This document shows positions 10,310 through 19,976 of a DNA stretch of 64,000 nt, piece after piece. The stretch is from Spirochaetia bacterium. GTDB lineage: Bacteria > Spirochaetota > Spirochaetia > UBA9216. The stretch is taken from the NCBI GenBank assembly GCA_963677925.2, contig CAXXYH010000003.1, forward strand, positions 384,001 through 448,000, read 5' to 3'. Each line of letters opens with the position of its first letter. Position 1 is the first letter of the stretch. The notes beneath the pieces were generated by a model. The model did no database searches. It was not told the DNA's origin and saw only the letters and a list, made by a program, of their open reading frames with translations. A program made the translations under genes and the position numbers.

Positions 10310-11026
10310 TTAAACTGATGGATTCAAGATACTGCCGACTATCATGCGGTTAAAGTTATCAGGACCTTCCCTTCTGAATGAGCCGAACCGTTTATCACAG
10401 CAAGTACAGTAATTTTTATCTGTAACCATACCAACTCCTTCATCAGCAAGGATTTTCAAATTTGCATTCTTTAGCGATAAATATGGACCGTCACTTTTTA
10501 TTACTACAGAGCTGCTTCCCCATTCTTTGGAAAATTTTTCCGCCCGGTTTTGATCTACTTTATAACAGCAGTCTCCTATTGAGGGTCCAAGTACAACGTG
10601 CAGCTCTTCCGGCTTACTTCCATAAATATCCTTCATAATGGATATTGCATTTTTAACTATTCCGGTTCCCTGCCACCCGCTATGAAGCAGAGTGCGTACC
10701 ATATTGTGGGAGTCATAGATAAATATAGGCATACAGTCTGCAACGGTAATAAGTGGAATTATCTTAGCTGAAGCTGTAACCATACCGTCTGCTTCTATAT
10801 GAACAATGCTTTCCCTATCTTCATAATCTGACACATTAACAACTTTGCGCGTATGCAGCTGAGTAACAGTACAGACTCTTGAATAATCAATTCCCATATC
10901 TTTAAAAAAACTGATTCTGTTAATGTTGCCTGTATCATCAGACTGCCCCATACTTCCGGCAGCCCTTAGCGACATAAAACATGTGCAGCCCCGGCCGTCA
11001 TTAAATAATTCTATATTAGTTTCCAA
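10310..11026 (-). CDS. pgeF: PgeF/YfiH laccase-domain protein
   Basis: QLH, ADG, TVADCMP, LHSGWQG, GPSIGDCCY, CTCC...SFRR. Confidence 0.9.
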   Translation of the reverse strand: METNIELFNDGRGCTCFMSLRAAGSMGQSDDTGNINRISFFKDMGIDYSRVCTVTQLHTRKVVNVSDYEDRESIVHIEADGMVTASAKIIPLITVADCMPIFIYDSHNMVRTLLHSGWQGTGIVKNAISIMKDIYGSKPEELHVVLGPSIGDCCYKVDQNRAEKFSKEWGSSSVVIKSDGPYLSLKNANLKILADEGVGMVTDKNYCTCCDKRFGSFRREGPDNFNRMIVGSILNPSV

Positions 11027-11034
11027 AAATTTTA

Positions 11035-12711
11035 CTACCTGCCTTCTTCTTCTAGATCCATGATATCACCTAGAATCCGGCATGAATCTTCAAGTTTTGT
11101 GTACACATTATTAAGATCAATAATAAAATCACGGCTCTCTACAGTTACCAGACGGTTTATATTAGAAAGACTGTCGTACTGTCCTCCGGCCCTGCCGTGC
11201 AGAATTCCGTATAAAATCAGTTTAAGCATTGCCATTGCTTCAATTCCGGTACGGATTATCTCTCTAGCCTCCATATCAGCGGCTTCAATGAATGAAGCTT
11301 CTTTCTTCCTGCGTACACTTGTACCAGCCATTTCCTGCTCTATAGATGCAAGCTGAGAACCGATTTCACCCTGAGGAGACATTTTCTGATCAAATTTGTT
11401 AAGTTTCTCATACAAACCAAGAAGTCTGGAATATGAATCAGTAAAATCATCCTTATTCTGTTTTTTATAAAAGCGGCCGTCAACAAGAATTTTTTTTAAG
11501 ATCTCATTCATACTGGAACTGAACTGCTCTCTTATGAAATCATTTAAAAAGCCGGTACTGTACTGGTAGGTGTATTTATAATGTTCAAGTTCAGGCAGCT
11601 TATCACTCTTATTAAAACGCCTGAGTTCTTCATAAATTCTAAGTTTTCTTTTCTCAGCACTGTATTTACGAAAAGCAATATCAGCGAGATTATTCCAGTA
11701 TCTTGTATATATATTATACCAGTCTTCACCACCTGAAACCTTTACCGGCTGGTAGCCTATATTCTCAGTAATCAGCTTCATAAGCTTAACCGGCATAGTT
11801 CTCTTATTAAACTTTTTTACTGCCTCAAGATTTCTTTTTGAATTATTTAAAAATTTCTTAAGATCATTCTGAAAAGTTTCTTCATCGGTTTCCCGCAGAT
11901 CCTGATTCACAAACAGAAATATTGCTTCAAGTACGATAGCATCAGGCGATATTCTGAATGATGTCAGTATATTTGTCAGTTTTTCAAGCATGTTTCTTGC
12001 AGCACCGAAAAAACAATTTGTTTCACCGTTTTTAGCTCTCTCACGGAACTGCCCGAGCAAGGCTTCAAAATCATATGATACCAGTTCTCCCAGCAGATGC
12101 AGAGTCTGTGCGTGGAGATACATGGTTTTCCTTAAATCTCCTGATACCAGATCAAGAGTACTTTCCAGACTGATACTCACTTCACGTTTAATATCAGACA
12201 GATTACTTAAACCGGTTCTTTTTTCAGCTTCCTCAAAGGATACAGCCATGCTCAGCTGCTGATGAATTTCCGGCATCTGCAGACTCCCGAGAAAGATTAT
12301 AAAATCCTCACGGTTTGTGAAATATGAATTCTTCAGCCAGCTGTCAAAATACCGTACTGACTCTGCGAGTTTCAGCAGTTCCTCGCGGAAGGGAGGAAGA
12401 AGCTGTCCGTTTTTATACGAAATTATGCCGCCGCATTCCGATTTAATTTCCCGTTCTATTTTTTTTAAAATAATTTCTTCTGTCAGCTGAAGTTTATCCT
12501 CACCTGAGATTATGGATCTGAAAAAGATTATTATCCTTTCAATAAATCCCATAGAATAGAATTCTTTTTCAAGGTCCACTTCCTCTCCGCGGCTGAAATC
12601 AATCATGGGCTCCTGAAAAACCTCTACAGGACCGATTTTACTTAGCAGTTCCTTTCTTTCTACAGGCGTAAGTTCAAGTACTAATCTGTTAAATACATCT
12701 TTGTCTTTCAT
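11035..12711 (-). CDS. Conserved helical spirochaete protein (DUF5312-like)
   Basis: FNRLVLELTPVERKELL N-terminus, GGEDW and GGQYDSLSN motifs recalled from that family; start taken at MKDKDV. Confidence 0.65.
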   Translation of the reverse strand: MKDKDVFNRLVLELTPVERKELLSKIGPVEVFQEPMIDFSRGEEVDLEKEFYSMGFIERIIIFFRSIISGEDKLQLTEEIILKKIEREIKSECGGIISYKNGQLLPPFREELLKLAESVRYFDSWLKNSYFTNREDFIIFLGSLQMPEIHQQLSMAVSFEEAEKRTGLSNLSDIKREVSISLESTLDLVSGDLRKTMYLHAQTLHLLGELVSYDFEALLGQFRERAKNGETNCFFGAARNMLEKLTNILTSFRISPDAIVLEAIFLFVNQDLRETDEETFQNDLKKFLNNSKRNLEAVKKFNKRTMPVKLMKLITENIGYQPVKVSGGEDWYNIYTRYWNNLADIAFRKYSAEKRKLRIYEELRRFNKSDKLPELEHYKYTYQYSTGFLNDFIREQFSSSMNEILKKILVDGRFYKKQNKDDFTDSYSRLLGLYEKLNKFDQKMSPQGEIGSQLASIEQEMAGTSVRRKKEASFIEAADMEAREIIRTGIEAMAMLKLILYGILHGRAGGQYDSLSNINRLVTVESRDFIIDLNNVYTKLEDSCRILGDIMDLEEEGR

Positions 12712-12733
12712 CTTGCTACAGTCATTTATCGGC

Positions 12734-13354
12734 TTATCGGCTGTATATATACACTCCCCGTTCCTGAGAAATAACAAAACCTACCTTTTCCATATAGCGT
12801 CTATGTATTTCAGAAGTATCAGCAGGAGCAGTTATTTCATAGGCGTCAGGAAACATTTCAGCTGCTTTTTTCAAAAAATATGCTGCATTCTTCATATCCC
12901 GGTACGCAGGTACGGCATAATCAAGATTTATTTTTATGGTGTTTTCCTCTTCTCTGTACAGAATAAGTGATGCAGGATTCATATCCCGAAGAACAAACAC
13001 TGCCTGTGATTTTTTAAAATCATTTTCACAGAAATCAGGTACAAATTTGCAAATATCAGCTCTGTAAAAATCAACAAATTTTTTAAGATATGGCGAATCT
13101 GCAGCGGAGTCTACTTTCATGATTTCAAAAAAGCTCTCCGTCCTGCTCATAGTGATAATATAGTAGAGATCAATGGCAACAATAAAACCGTTAAGTCCGG
13201 CAACCGGCCATGCTCTTATAAAGATTCCGTATACTGTAAAGGCCAACGATCCGACAAGATTCAGTATTCTGAGTTTTTTAACGTTCTTCTGCATCAGCGA
13301 TATAGCTACTATAACCGACGACAATGTTCCGAAATATTCTATAATCAGTTCCAT
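12734..13354 (-). CDS. YgjV-like membrane protein with soluble C-terminal domain
   Basis: Three short TM segments (KKLRILNLVGS...YG...WPVAGLN) followed by LDYAVPAYRD domain. Confidence 0.7.
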   Translation of the reverse strand: MELIIEYFGTLSSVIVAISLMQKNVKKLRILNLVGSLAFTVYGIFIRAWPVAGLNGFIVAIDLYYIITMSRTESFFEIMKVDSAADSPYLKKFVDFYRADICKFVPDFCENDFKKSQAVFVLRDMNPASLILYREEENTIKINLDYAVPAYRDMKNAAYFLKKAAEMFPDAYEITAPADTSEIHRRYMEKVGFVISQERGVYIYSR

Positions 13355-13411
13355 ACTTTAAATTATAACAGCATGAACGTCCAATTCAAAACTTAAAATT
13401 CTATCATATGG

Positions 13412-13440
13412 TTGACAAAAGGCAGATTCCCTATTAATCT
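13412..13440 (+). promoter_or_regulatory. sigma70 promoter of the ilv/leu leader
   Basis: TTGACA(13412-17)-17 bp-TAATCT(13435-40). Confidence 0.8.
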
Positions 13441-13446
13441 TTCATC

Positions 13447-13539
13447 ATGTTTAATAACATCGTTTCCGGCAAATCAATTATCTCTATACTCAGCATTATT
13501 ATTATTCTACTATCAGGCTACTCAATGCAGGGAGATTGA
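13447..13539 (+). CDS. Ile/Leu-rich attenuation leader peptide (30 aa)
   Basis: MFNNIVSGKSIISILSIIIILLSGYSMQGD*; ATT x4 then CTA CTA; directly upstream of a terminator and ilvB. Confidence 0.85.
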   Translation: MFNNIVSGKSIISILSIIIILLSGYSMQGD

Positions 13540-13560
13540 CTTACCGGAAACTGAATTTCC

Positions 13561-13600
13561 AACCGTTCTTCCTGCAAGGGGGGAACGGTTTTTTTTATTT
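13561..13600 (+). terminator. Attenuator terminator upstream of ilvB
   Basis: AACCGTTCTTCCT-GCAA-GGGGGGAACGGTT then T-tract; 13567-76 can instead pair with 13526-35. Confidence 0.9.
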
Positions 13601-13612
13601 AAGGAGGAAAAA

Positions 13613-15367
13613 ATGGTATTTAAAGGCTCTGAGCTTATCGTTGAAGCATTGCGCAGGGAAAATATCGACACAATTTTCGGCTATCCCGGCGGAGTAGTAA
13701 TACCAGTTTTCGACGTACTGTATGACGCCAAGGATATCAACGTAATCCTGACCAGACACGAGCAGGCTGCTGTTCATGCAGCTGATGCCTATGCAAGAAC
13801 TACCGGCAAAACCGGTGTATGTCTGGTAACCAGCGGTCCGGGTGTAACCAACACAATAACAGGACTTGCTACAGCAAATTTCGACAGTGTACCCCTTGTC
13901 TGTATATCCGGTCAGGTTCCAAGAAAAATGATTGGAAATGATGCTTTTCAGGAAGCCGACACAGTTGGTTTAACCAGACCGGTTACAAAACATAATTATA
14001 TAGTCACAGAAAGAGAGAAACTCGGTAAAACACTTAAAGATGCGTTTTACATAGCCTCAACCGGTCGTCCCGGCCCTGTTGTGATTGATATTCCGAAAGA
14101 TATCATTCTCCAGCCTGAAGAGGAAAGCTACCCTGAAACTGTAAGCATTATGGGCTATGCTCCGCCTGAGAAAGGTCATAAGGGACAGATAAAAAGGGCG
14201 GCGAATCTTATCAACAAGGCAAAGAAACCTGTCCTTTTTGCAGGCGGCGGAATCAATGTTGGAAATGCCGCTGAAGTTTTCCGTGAAATTGTAAAGAAAA
14301 CCGGAATCCCTGCAGTCAACTCACTTATGGGTATTGGTTCACTTGAAACAGAAAATCCGCTCAACCTCGGAATGCTTGGCATGCACGGAACATATGCTGC
14401 TAACAGGGCAATTACTGACAGCGACGTAATTTTCGGTATCGGTGTACGATTTGATGACAGGGTTACCATGGAGCTTGATAAATTTGCTCCCCATGCCAAG
14501 ATAGTCCATCTTGATATTGATCCCGCAGCTATAGCGAGAAATGTGGCCGTTGAAGTGCCCATCGTCGGTGACGCCCAGAGTGTTCTGACAGATATGCTAC
14601 CCATGCTTGAGCCGTTAGGCAATCCTGCATGGACAGAACAGATTAAGGCATGGAAGGAAGAAGCGGTTTGCAGAAATGCATATGAAGGCTTTCATTTAAA
14701 AGAGGAACCATCAGAACATTTAATGCCGCTTGAAGTTCTTGAAACTGTAAACAAGGCATTTCCGGAAGCAATTGTTACAACTGAAGTCGGGCAGAATCAG
14801 ATGTGGACAGCCCTTTACTGGGAATTTAAAAATCCGAGAACCTTCGTAACCTCAGGAGGACTTGGAACAATGGGCTACGGCTTTCCGGCAGCTGTAGGTG
14901 CTGCAATCGCAAACCGTGACAAGCGTGTAGTAGCAGTATCCGGCGACGGGTCATTCCAGATGAATCTTCAGGAAATGGCAACTGCGGTAAAAAACAACCT
15001 GCCGATCATCATCCTTATTCTCAACAACGGTTATCTTGGAATGGTAAGACAGTGGCAGAAAATGTTTCAGAAGGGACGGTATTCTTCCACACATCTTAAT
15101 GATTTAAAATATGACGGTGAAAAACCGGCTTATGAAGCGACTCCGGATTTCGTAAAGCTGGCTGAGGCATACACAGCCCGCGGTTTCAGAGTAAATACCA
15201 TTGATGAGCTTGAAAAAGCTCTTATAGAAATTAAAGATATAAATGACAAACCGGTTATTATTGACTGTATAATTGAACCTGAAGCAGATGTCTGGCCTAT
15301 GGTACCTCCTGGAGCCGGCCTGGGCGAAATGGTTTTCAGCCTTGATTCCGGGGAGGATAAAAAATGA
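13613..15367 (+). CDS. ilvB: Acetolactate synthase large subunit
   Basis: AAGGAGG RBS before ATG 13613; FGYPGG, RHEQ, TSGPG, GDGSFQMN TPP motif. Confidence 0.97.
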   Translation: MVFKGSELIVEALRRENIDTIFGYPGGVVIPVFDVLYDAKDINVILTRHEQAAVHAADAYARTTGKTGVCLVTSGPGVTNTITGLATANFDSVPLVCISGQVPRKMIGNDAFQEADTVGLTRPVTKHNYIVTEREKLGKTLKDAFYIASTGRPGPVVIDIPKDIILQPEEESYPETVSIMGYAPPEKGHKGQIKRAANLINKAKKPVLFAGGGINVGNAAEVFREIVKKTGIPAVNSLMGIGSLETENPLNLGMLGMHGTYAANRAITDSDVIFGIGVRFDDRVTMELDKFAPHAKIVHLDIDPAAIARNVAVEVPIVGDAQSVLTDMLPMLEPLGNPAWTEQIKAWKEEAVCRNAYEGFHLKEEPSEHLMPLEVLETVNKAFPEAIVTTEVGQNQMWTALYWEFKNPRTFVTSGGLGTMGYGFPAAVGAAIANRDKRVVAVSGDGSFQMNLQEMATAVKNNLPIIILILNNGYLGMVRQWQKMFQKGRYSSTHLNDLKYDGEKPAYEATPDFVKLAEAYTARGFRVNTIDELEKALIEIKDINDKPVIIDCIIEPEADVWPMVPPGAGLGEMVFSLDSGEDKK

Positions 15368-15879
15368 ATCATGTAATTTCACTTCTCGTTGAAAATAATG
15401 CCGGCGTGCTTGCCAGGATTTCCGGACTTCTCAGCGGACGGGGATATAATGTGGAAAGCTTCTCATCCGGCCCTACCCTCGACCCGGCAATTACAAGAAT
15501 AACACTGGTATGCCGTGGAGATGATACAATCATTGACCAGATAAAAAAACAGCTTAACAAGCTTATTGAAGTTATCAAGGTTACCGATCTTACAAGCAAA
15601 GACACTATCGCAAGACAGTTTGCACTGATTAAGATATCAGTACTTCCGGGGAACCGTGGAGAAATAATACAGCTGGCTGAAGTCTTTGATGCAAAGGTTA
15701 TGGATGTCGGCAGTAATACGATGGTTCTTGAGATTACCGGCAGCGCAAAAAAAATCGATGATCTTGTTATGCTTTTGGACGGCCACGTTTCTGAAATTGC
15801 AAGAAGCGGCCTGGTCTCTATAGAAAGAGGAAGAAAGATAAGCGGTACTGCTAAAAGTGCCAGGGAAAAGGAGTATTAG
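15364..15879 (+). CDS. ilvN: Acetolactate synthase small subunit
   Basis: ENNAGVLARISGL..RGYNVES ACT domain; EIARSG. Confidence 0.96.
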   Translation: MNHVISLLVENNAGVLARISGLLSGRGYNVESFSSGPTLDPAITRITLVCRGDDTIIDQIKKQLNKLIEVIKVTDLTSKDTIARQFALIKISVLPGNRGEIIQLAEVFDAKVMDVGSNTMVLEITGSAKKIDDLVMLLDGHVSEIARSGLVSIERGRKISGTAKSAREKEY

Positions 15880-15884
15880 ACATT

Positions 15885-17405
15885 ATGGAAAATATCAGGA
15901 TTTTTGACACCACGCTCAGAGACGGAGAACAGGCGCCCGGCGCGTCTATGACCATTGAACAGAAATATGAATTCGCACTTCAGCTTTCAAGGCTCGGTGT
16001 TGATATTATAGAAGCAGGTTTTCCGGTTTCTTCTCCCCATCAATTTGACGCCTGTAAGCTTATTGCTGAAAATGTAAAAGGAACAACCATTTGCGGACTT
16101 GCAAGGGCTGTTGAAAAGGATATTGACGCAGCTTATGAGTCAATAGGCAAGGCTGAAAATCCAAGACTTCACACCTTTATTGCAACATCACCAATCCATA
16201 TGAAATACAAACTGAACATGGAACCGGATAAAGTTGTAGAAAATGCTGTAAAGGCAGTCACCTATGCCAGAAACAAATTTCCCGAGGTTGAGTTTTCTCC
16301 GGAAGACGGAACAAGAAGCGAGCTTGAGTTTCTTTACAGAATTCTTGAAAAGGTAATTGATGCCGGAGCAACAATCCTGAACATCCCAGATACTGTCGGT
16401 TACACAATGCCTGATGAATACGGTTCATTTATAAGTTCAATCATGAATAATGTTCCGAATATTGATAAGGCTATCATAAGCGTTCATTGTCACAATGACC
16501 TTGGAATGGCTGTAGCTAACACTCTTTCAGCTATAAAGAACGGCGCAAGGCAGGCAGAGGTTTCTGTTAACGGTATAGGAGAAAGAGCCGGTAATGCAAG
16601 CCTTGAAGAGCTGGTTATGGCACTTAATGTAAGAAAGGATATTCACGGTATCGAAACAGGAATCGATACGAAGCAGCTGTATTACACTTCAAGAATGCTT
16701 TCGATGATCATCGGCAGTCCGCTTCCCAGAAACAAGCCCATTGTAGGCGCCAATGCCTTCAGCCATGAATCAGGAATACATCAGGACGGAATGCTTAAAA
16801 ACCGTGAAACTTATGAGATAATGACTCCTGAATCTGTAGGACGTGAAAACAGTGAGATTGTACTTGGAAGACATTCAGGCAAACACGGTTTCAAAAAGCG
16901 GATCGGAGAACTTGGAATTGCCCTTTCTGATGAGGAAATGGATTCAGCTTTTCAGGTATTTCTTAAACTGGCTGACAGAAAGAAAGAAGTATTTGATGAA
17001 GATATACTTTCTATCTGCGGTTCTGTACTTGGAAAAGAAACCTCAATTTATTCTCTTGAGTATTTTAAGATGTCTGTAGGTACTAACATGACTCCTACTG
17101 CTGAAGTAAAGATTAAAATAGAAGGTGAAACCTTTGAAGGTTCAGCCGAGGGTGACGGTTCGGTTTCCGCAATTTTTAATGCTTTGGAAAAAGCCACCGG
17201 GATACAGACTAAACTCGAAGAATATCATGTTCACGCAGTGACTTCCGGAAAACTTGCTATCGGAGAAGTTAATATTACAGTTGATATTGCAGGCAAGAAA
17301 TTCCAGGGTAAGGGTTCTTCAACCGATACCATGAAAGCAAGCGCCAGAGCGTATATAAGCGCACTTAACCGGTATAAAATGGCGCAGCAGAATAACGGGG
17401 CATAA
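15885..17405 (+). CDS. leuA: 2-isopropylmalate synthase
   Basis: DTTLRDGEQ, HCHNDLG, GIGERAGN, HESGIHQDG. Confidence 0.96.
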   Translation: MENIRIFDTTLRDGEQAPGASMTIEQKYEFALQLSRLGVDIIEAGFPVSSPHQFDACKLIAENVKGTTICGLARAVEKDIDAAYESIGKAENPRLHTFIATSPIHMKYKLNMEPDKVVENAVKAVTYARNKFPEVEFSPEDGTRSELEFLYRILEKVIDAGATILNIPDTVGYTMPDEYGSFISSIMNNVPNIDKAIISVHCHNDLGMAVANTLSAIKNGARQAEVSVNGIGERAGNASLEELVMALNVRKDIHGIETGIDTKQLYYTSRMLSMIIGSPLPRNKPIVGANAFSHESGIHQDGMLKNRETYEIMTPESVGRENSEIVLGRHSGKHGFKKRIGELGIALSDEEMDSAFQVFLKLADRKKEVFDEDILSICGSVLGKETSIYSLEYFKMSVGTNMTPTAEVKIKIEGETFEGSAEGDGSVSAIFNALEKATGIQTKLEEYHVHAVTSGKLAIGEVNITVDIAGKKFQGKGSSTDTMKASARAYISALNRYKMAQQNNGA

Positions 17406-17406
17406 G

Positions 17407-18984
17407 ATGCATGTAGATATATACGATACAACACTTCGGGACGGCATGCAGGGAATCGAAGTAAGCTTTACTCTGGCTGACAAGATACAGATTGCAAAGT
17501 CACTTGATGATATTAACGTGGACTATATAGAGGGAGGTTTTCCCTTTGCTAATGAAAAGGAAGCTGCATTTTTTGAAGGTGTTAAAAAAGAAAAATTTCA
17601 CCATGCAAAAATTGTAGCCTTCGGATCAACCCGCGGCCCGAAAAACACTGCGGCGGAAGATCCGCATCTGAATGCCCTGCTCTCCGCCGACACTCCTGCG
17701 GTTACAATTGTCGGCAAATCATGGAAGGCTCATGTAACAAAGGTTCTGCACGCCAATGCTGAACAGAATCTTGAGATGATTGTTGATTCAATTGAATACT
17801 GCAAAAAGCATACTGATGAAGTGATTCTTGATCTTGAGCATTTCTTTGACGGATTCAAAGACGACCCGGAGTACTCAATGCTTCTAATGCGGGAGGCTAC
17901 AAAAGCGGGTGCAGACTGCCTTGTTTTATGCGATACAAACGGAGGGACTCTTCCGAATGAAGTATGGAAGATAATAAACGGCATTCCCGTTAAGGAGCTG
18001 GCACGGATTGGTGTACACTACCATGACGACTGCGGTACCGCTGTAGCAAACTCTATAATAAGCCTTGATTTGGGAGCAACCCACATTCAGGGTACTATTA
18101 ATGGCTGGGGAGAACGCTGCGGAAATGCGAACCTCTGTTCCATTACGCCAAATATTGCTTTTAAAACAGATTATAAGATCAACATGGCAAAGAAGCTTCA
18201 GGAGCTTACTTCTCTTTCAAGGTTTGTTGCCGAAAAAGCCAATATCATTCCTGACAAGAGAGCTCCCTATGTTGGAATTGCCGCTTTCAGTCACAAGGCC
18301 GGACAGCATGCCGATGTAATTTCCAAGGCTCCGGAGCTGATGGAGCATCTTGACGGCAGCAAAGTAGGAAATGAAAGAAGAATTCTTCTCTCGGAACTTG
18401 CGGGTAAATCAACTATTGTAAAAAAGATTGCAAAATACGGAGATTTTGATAAAAAATCACCCGAGGTTGTTGATATTATTAACGAACTTAAGAACAGGGA
18501 AAGCAACGGTTATGAATACGAGGCGGCTGAAGCATCCTTCTACCTCCTGGTATGGAAAAAACTTGGTATATACAAGCAGCTTTCGGAGCTGAATAATTAC
18601 CATCTTGAATCTTTCAAGACCGGGGGACTTCCTTCAAAGACGGTCGGCCGTGTATTTCTTGAAACGCTTGATAAAAATGTAATGGGAGCCGGACTCGGCA
18701 TAGGACCTGTAGAGACCCTTGATATGGCTCTAAGGGATGCCCTGAAGCCCTTTTTCCCTTTTATATCTAAAATATCACTTGTAGACTATAAAGTACGCGT
18801 ACTGAACCCTGAACAGGCTTCAGCAGCCAAAGTAAGGGTATTTATCACCTCGTCTGATGTTAATAACAGCTGGGACACCGTTGGAGTTTCAGAGAATATA
18901 GTGGAAGCCTCATGGGAGGCTCTGATTGACAGTTTTGATTATTACTACAACAGATATGTCTGCAAACTGAAAAAAGACTGCTGA
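17407..18984 (+). CDS. cimA: Citramalate synthase
   Basis: DTTLRDGMQG, TIVGKSW, GWGERCGNANL, AFSHKAG, WDTVGVSENIVEASW. Confidence 0.9.
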   Translation: MHVDIYDTTLRDGMQGIEVSFTLADKIQIAKSLDDINVDYIEGGFPFANEKEAAFFEGVKKEKFHHAKIVAFGSTRGPKNTAAEDPHLNALLSADTPAVTIVGKSWKAHVTKVLHANAEQNLEMIVDSIEYCKKHTDEVILDLEHFFDGFKDDPEYSMLLMREATKAGADCLVLCDTNGGTLPNEVWKIINGIPVKELARIGVHYHDDCGTAVANSIISLDLGATHIQGTINGWGERCGNANLCSITPNIAFKTDYKINMAKKLQELTSLSRFVAEKANIIPDKRAPYVGIAAFSHKAGQHADVISKAPELMEHLDGSKVGNERRILLSELAGKSTIVKKIAKYGDFDKKSPEVVDIINELKNRESNGYEYEAAEASFYLLVWKKLGIYKQLSELNNYHLESFKTGGLPSKTVGRVFLETLDKNVMGAGLGIGPVETLDMALRDALKPFFPFISKISLVDYKVRVLNPEQASAAKVRVFITSSDVNNSWDTVGVSENIVEASWEALIDSFDYYYNRYVCKLKKDC

Positions 18985-19006
18985 GCTTTTCAAAGCTGCA
19001 TGATAT

Positions 19007-19046
19007 AAAAAAGCCCCCGTTTGATGAAACAAACGGGGGCTTTTTT
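19007..19046. terminator. Bidirectional intrinsic terminator
   Basis: A6-GCCCCCGTTTG-loop-CAAACGGGGGC-T6 between convergent genes. Confidence 0.92.
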
Positions 19047-19060
19047 CTTGTATTCAGCTT

Positions 19061-19825
19061 TTATCTTGTAACCACATCCAGGCTTCCGGTAGAGACTTTT
19101 GCATCAATACTGTAAGCTGCAAAAGAACTCTGGCTCCAGTCGATATCAATCGAACCTGTGGCAACTGATGTATACAGACCTAAATCAAGTCCGTACTCAA
19201 CTCTTACAGTACTGTCACCTGTCACAACAGTCAGCGATTTGTTGCAGGAATCATCAGTGATTGAGACATCGAGGCTTCCGGTAACTACATATACAGTGTG
19301 AAGAATATCTATGTCATCGGAATAAAACTGGCCAGTTGTAACTTCGGCATATTCAAGCTCATAGGCACGGCTTACAGATACTTCACCGGTAGTTACTGTA
19401 ATATCATCGATATATATATCAGCATCAATTTCAACATTACCAGTAGTGTTATCAACTGAGACAATCATACCGACAGGTACATATACGGTAATATCAAACT
19501 GAACATCGGTACCTGGGAGTGACCCGCTGTAAGATTCAATGGTAAGTGTACCGGTATCAGTACTGCTTATTCCTGCTTCATACAGCTGTGATTCATATCT
19601 TGTTTTTATAGTGGCTTCAACAAGCACCTCTGCATCTTCAGTTGTATATACTTTAACGTTTCCGGTGCTGTTTTCCACAATTACCTTATTTGCTGCAGGT
19701 ACCGAGAAACTCTGACTTGTATTCCGGCTGTAATTGAGATCCCAGGCCGGAAAATCAATATAGATATCACAACCGGCAAAAACCAATGCGGTCAGAATTA
19801 TCATTAAAGTTAAAATCTTTTTCAT
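19061..19825 (-). CDS. Lipoprotein with beta-strand repeats (DUF4097-like)
   Basis: Lipobox FAGC; repeated (N/V)xTG-x-V units. Confidence 0.75.
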   Translation of the reverse strand: MKKILTLMIILTALVFAGCDIYIDFPAWDLNYSRNTSQSFSVPAANKVIVENSTGNVKVYTTEDAEVLVEATIKTRYESQLYEAGISSTDTGTLTIESYSGSLPGTDVQFDITVYVPVGMIVSVDNTTGNVEIDADIYIDDITVTTGEVSVSRAYELEYAEVTTGQFYSDDIDILHTVYVVTGSLDVSITDDSCNKSLTVVTGDSTVRVEYGLDLGLYTSVATGSIDIDWSQSSFAAYSIDAKVSTGSLDVVTR

Positions 19826-19893
19826 ACGATCTCCTTCAGAACGTGTTTAAATTTTAAACACAGCCGAAGCAGAGAACTGTTACTCGAAAGATG

Positions 19894-19930
19894 AAAAAAC
19901 CCCGCTAATAATATTTATATAGCGGGGTTT
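19894..19930 (-). terminator. Intrinsic terminator after the reductase gene
   Basis: AAACCCCGCTA/TAGCGGGGTTT stem with A6 flank. Confidence 0.8.
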
Positions 19931-19976
19931 CTGATTAAATCTGCATTGAGCAGATCCAATTTGAATTTATGCGGCC

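Noticed and set aside
13412-13612. 67-aa N-terminal extension of IlvB, or a T-box/riboswitch
   Set aside because: The TTG is the -35 box and a strong RBS precedes ATG 13613; no T-box motif seen; the leader-peptide model explains the region
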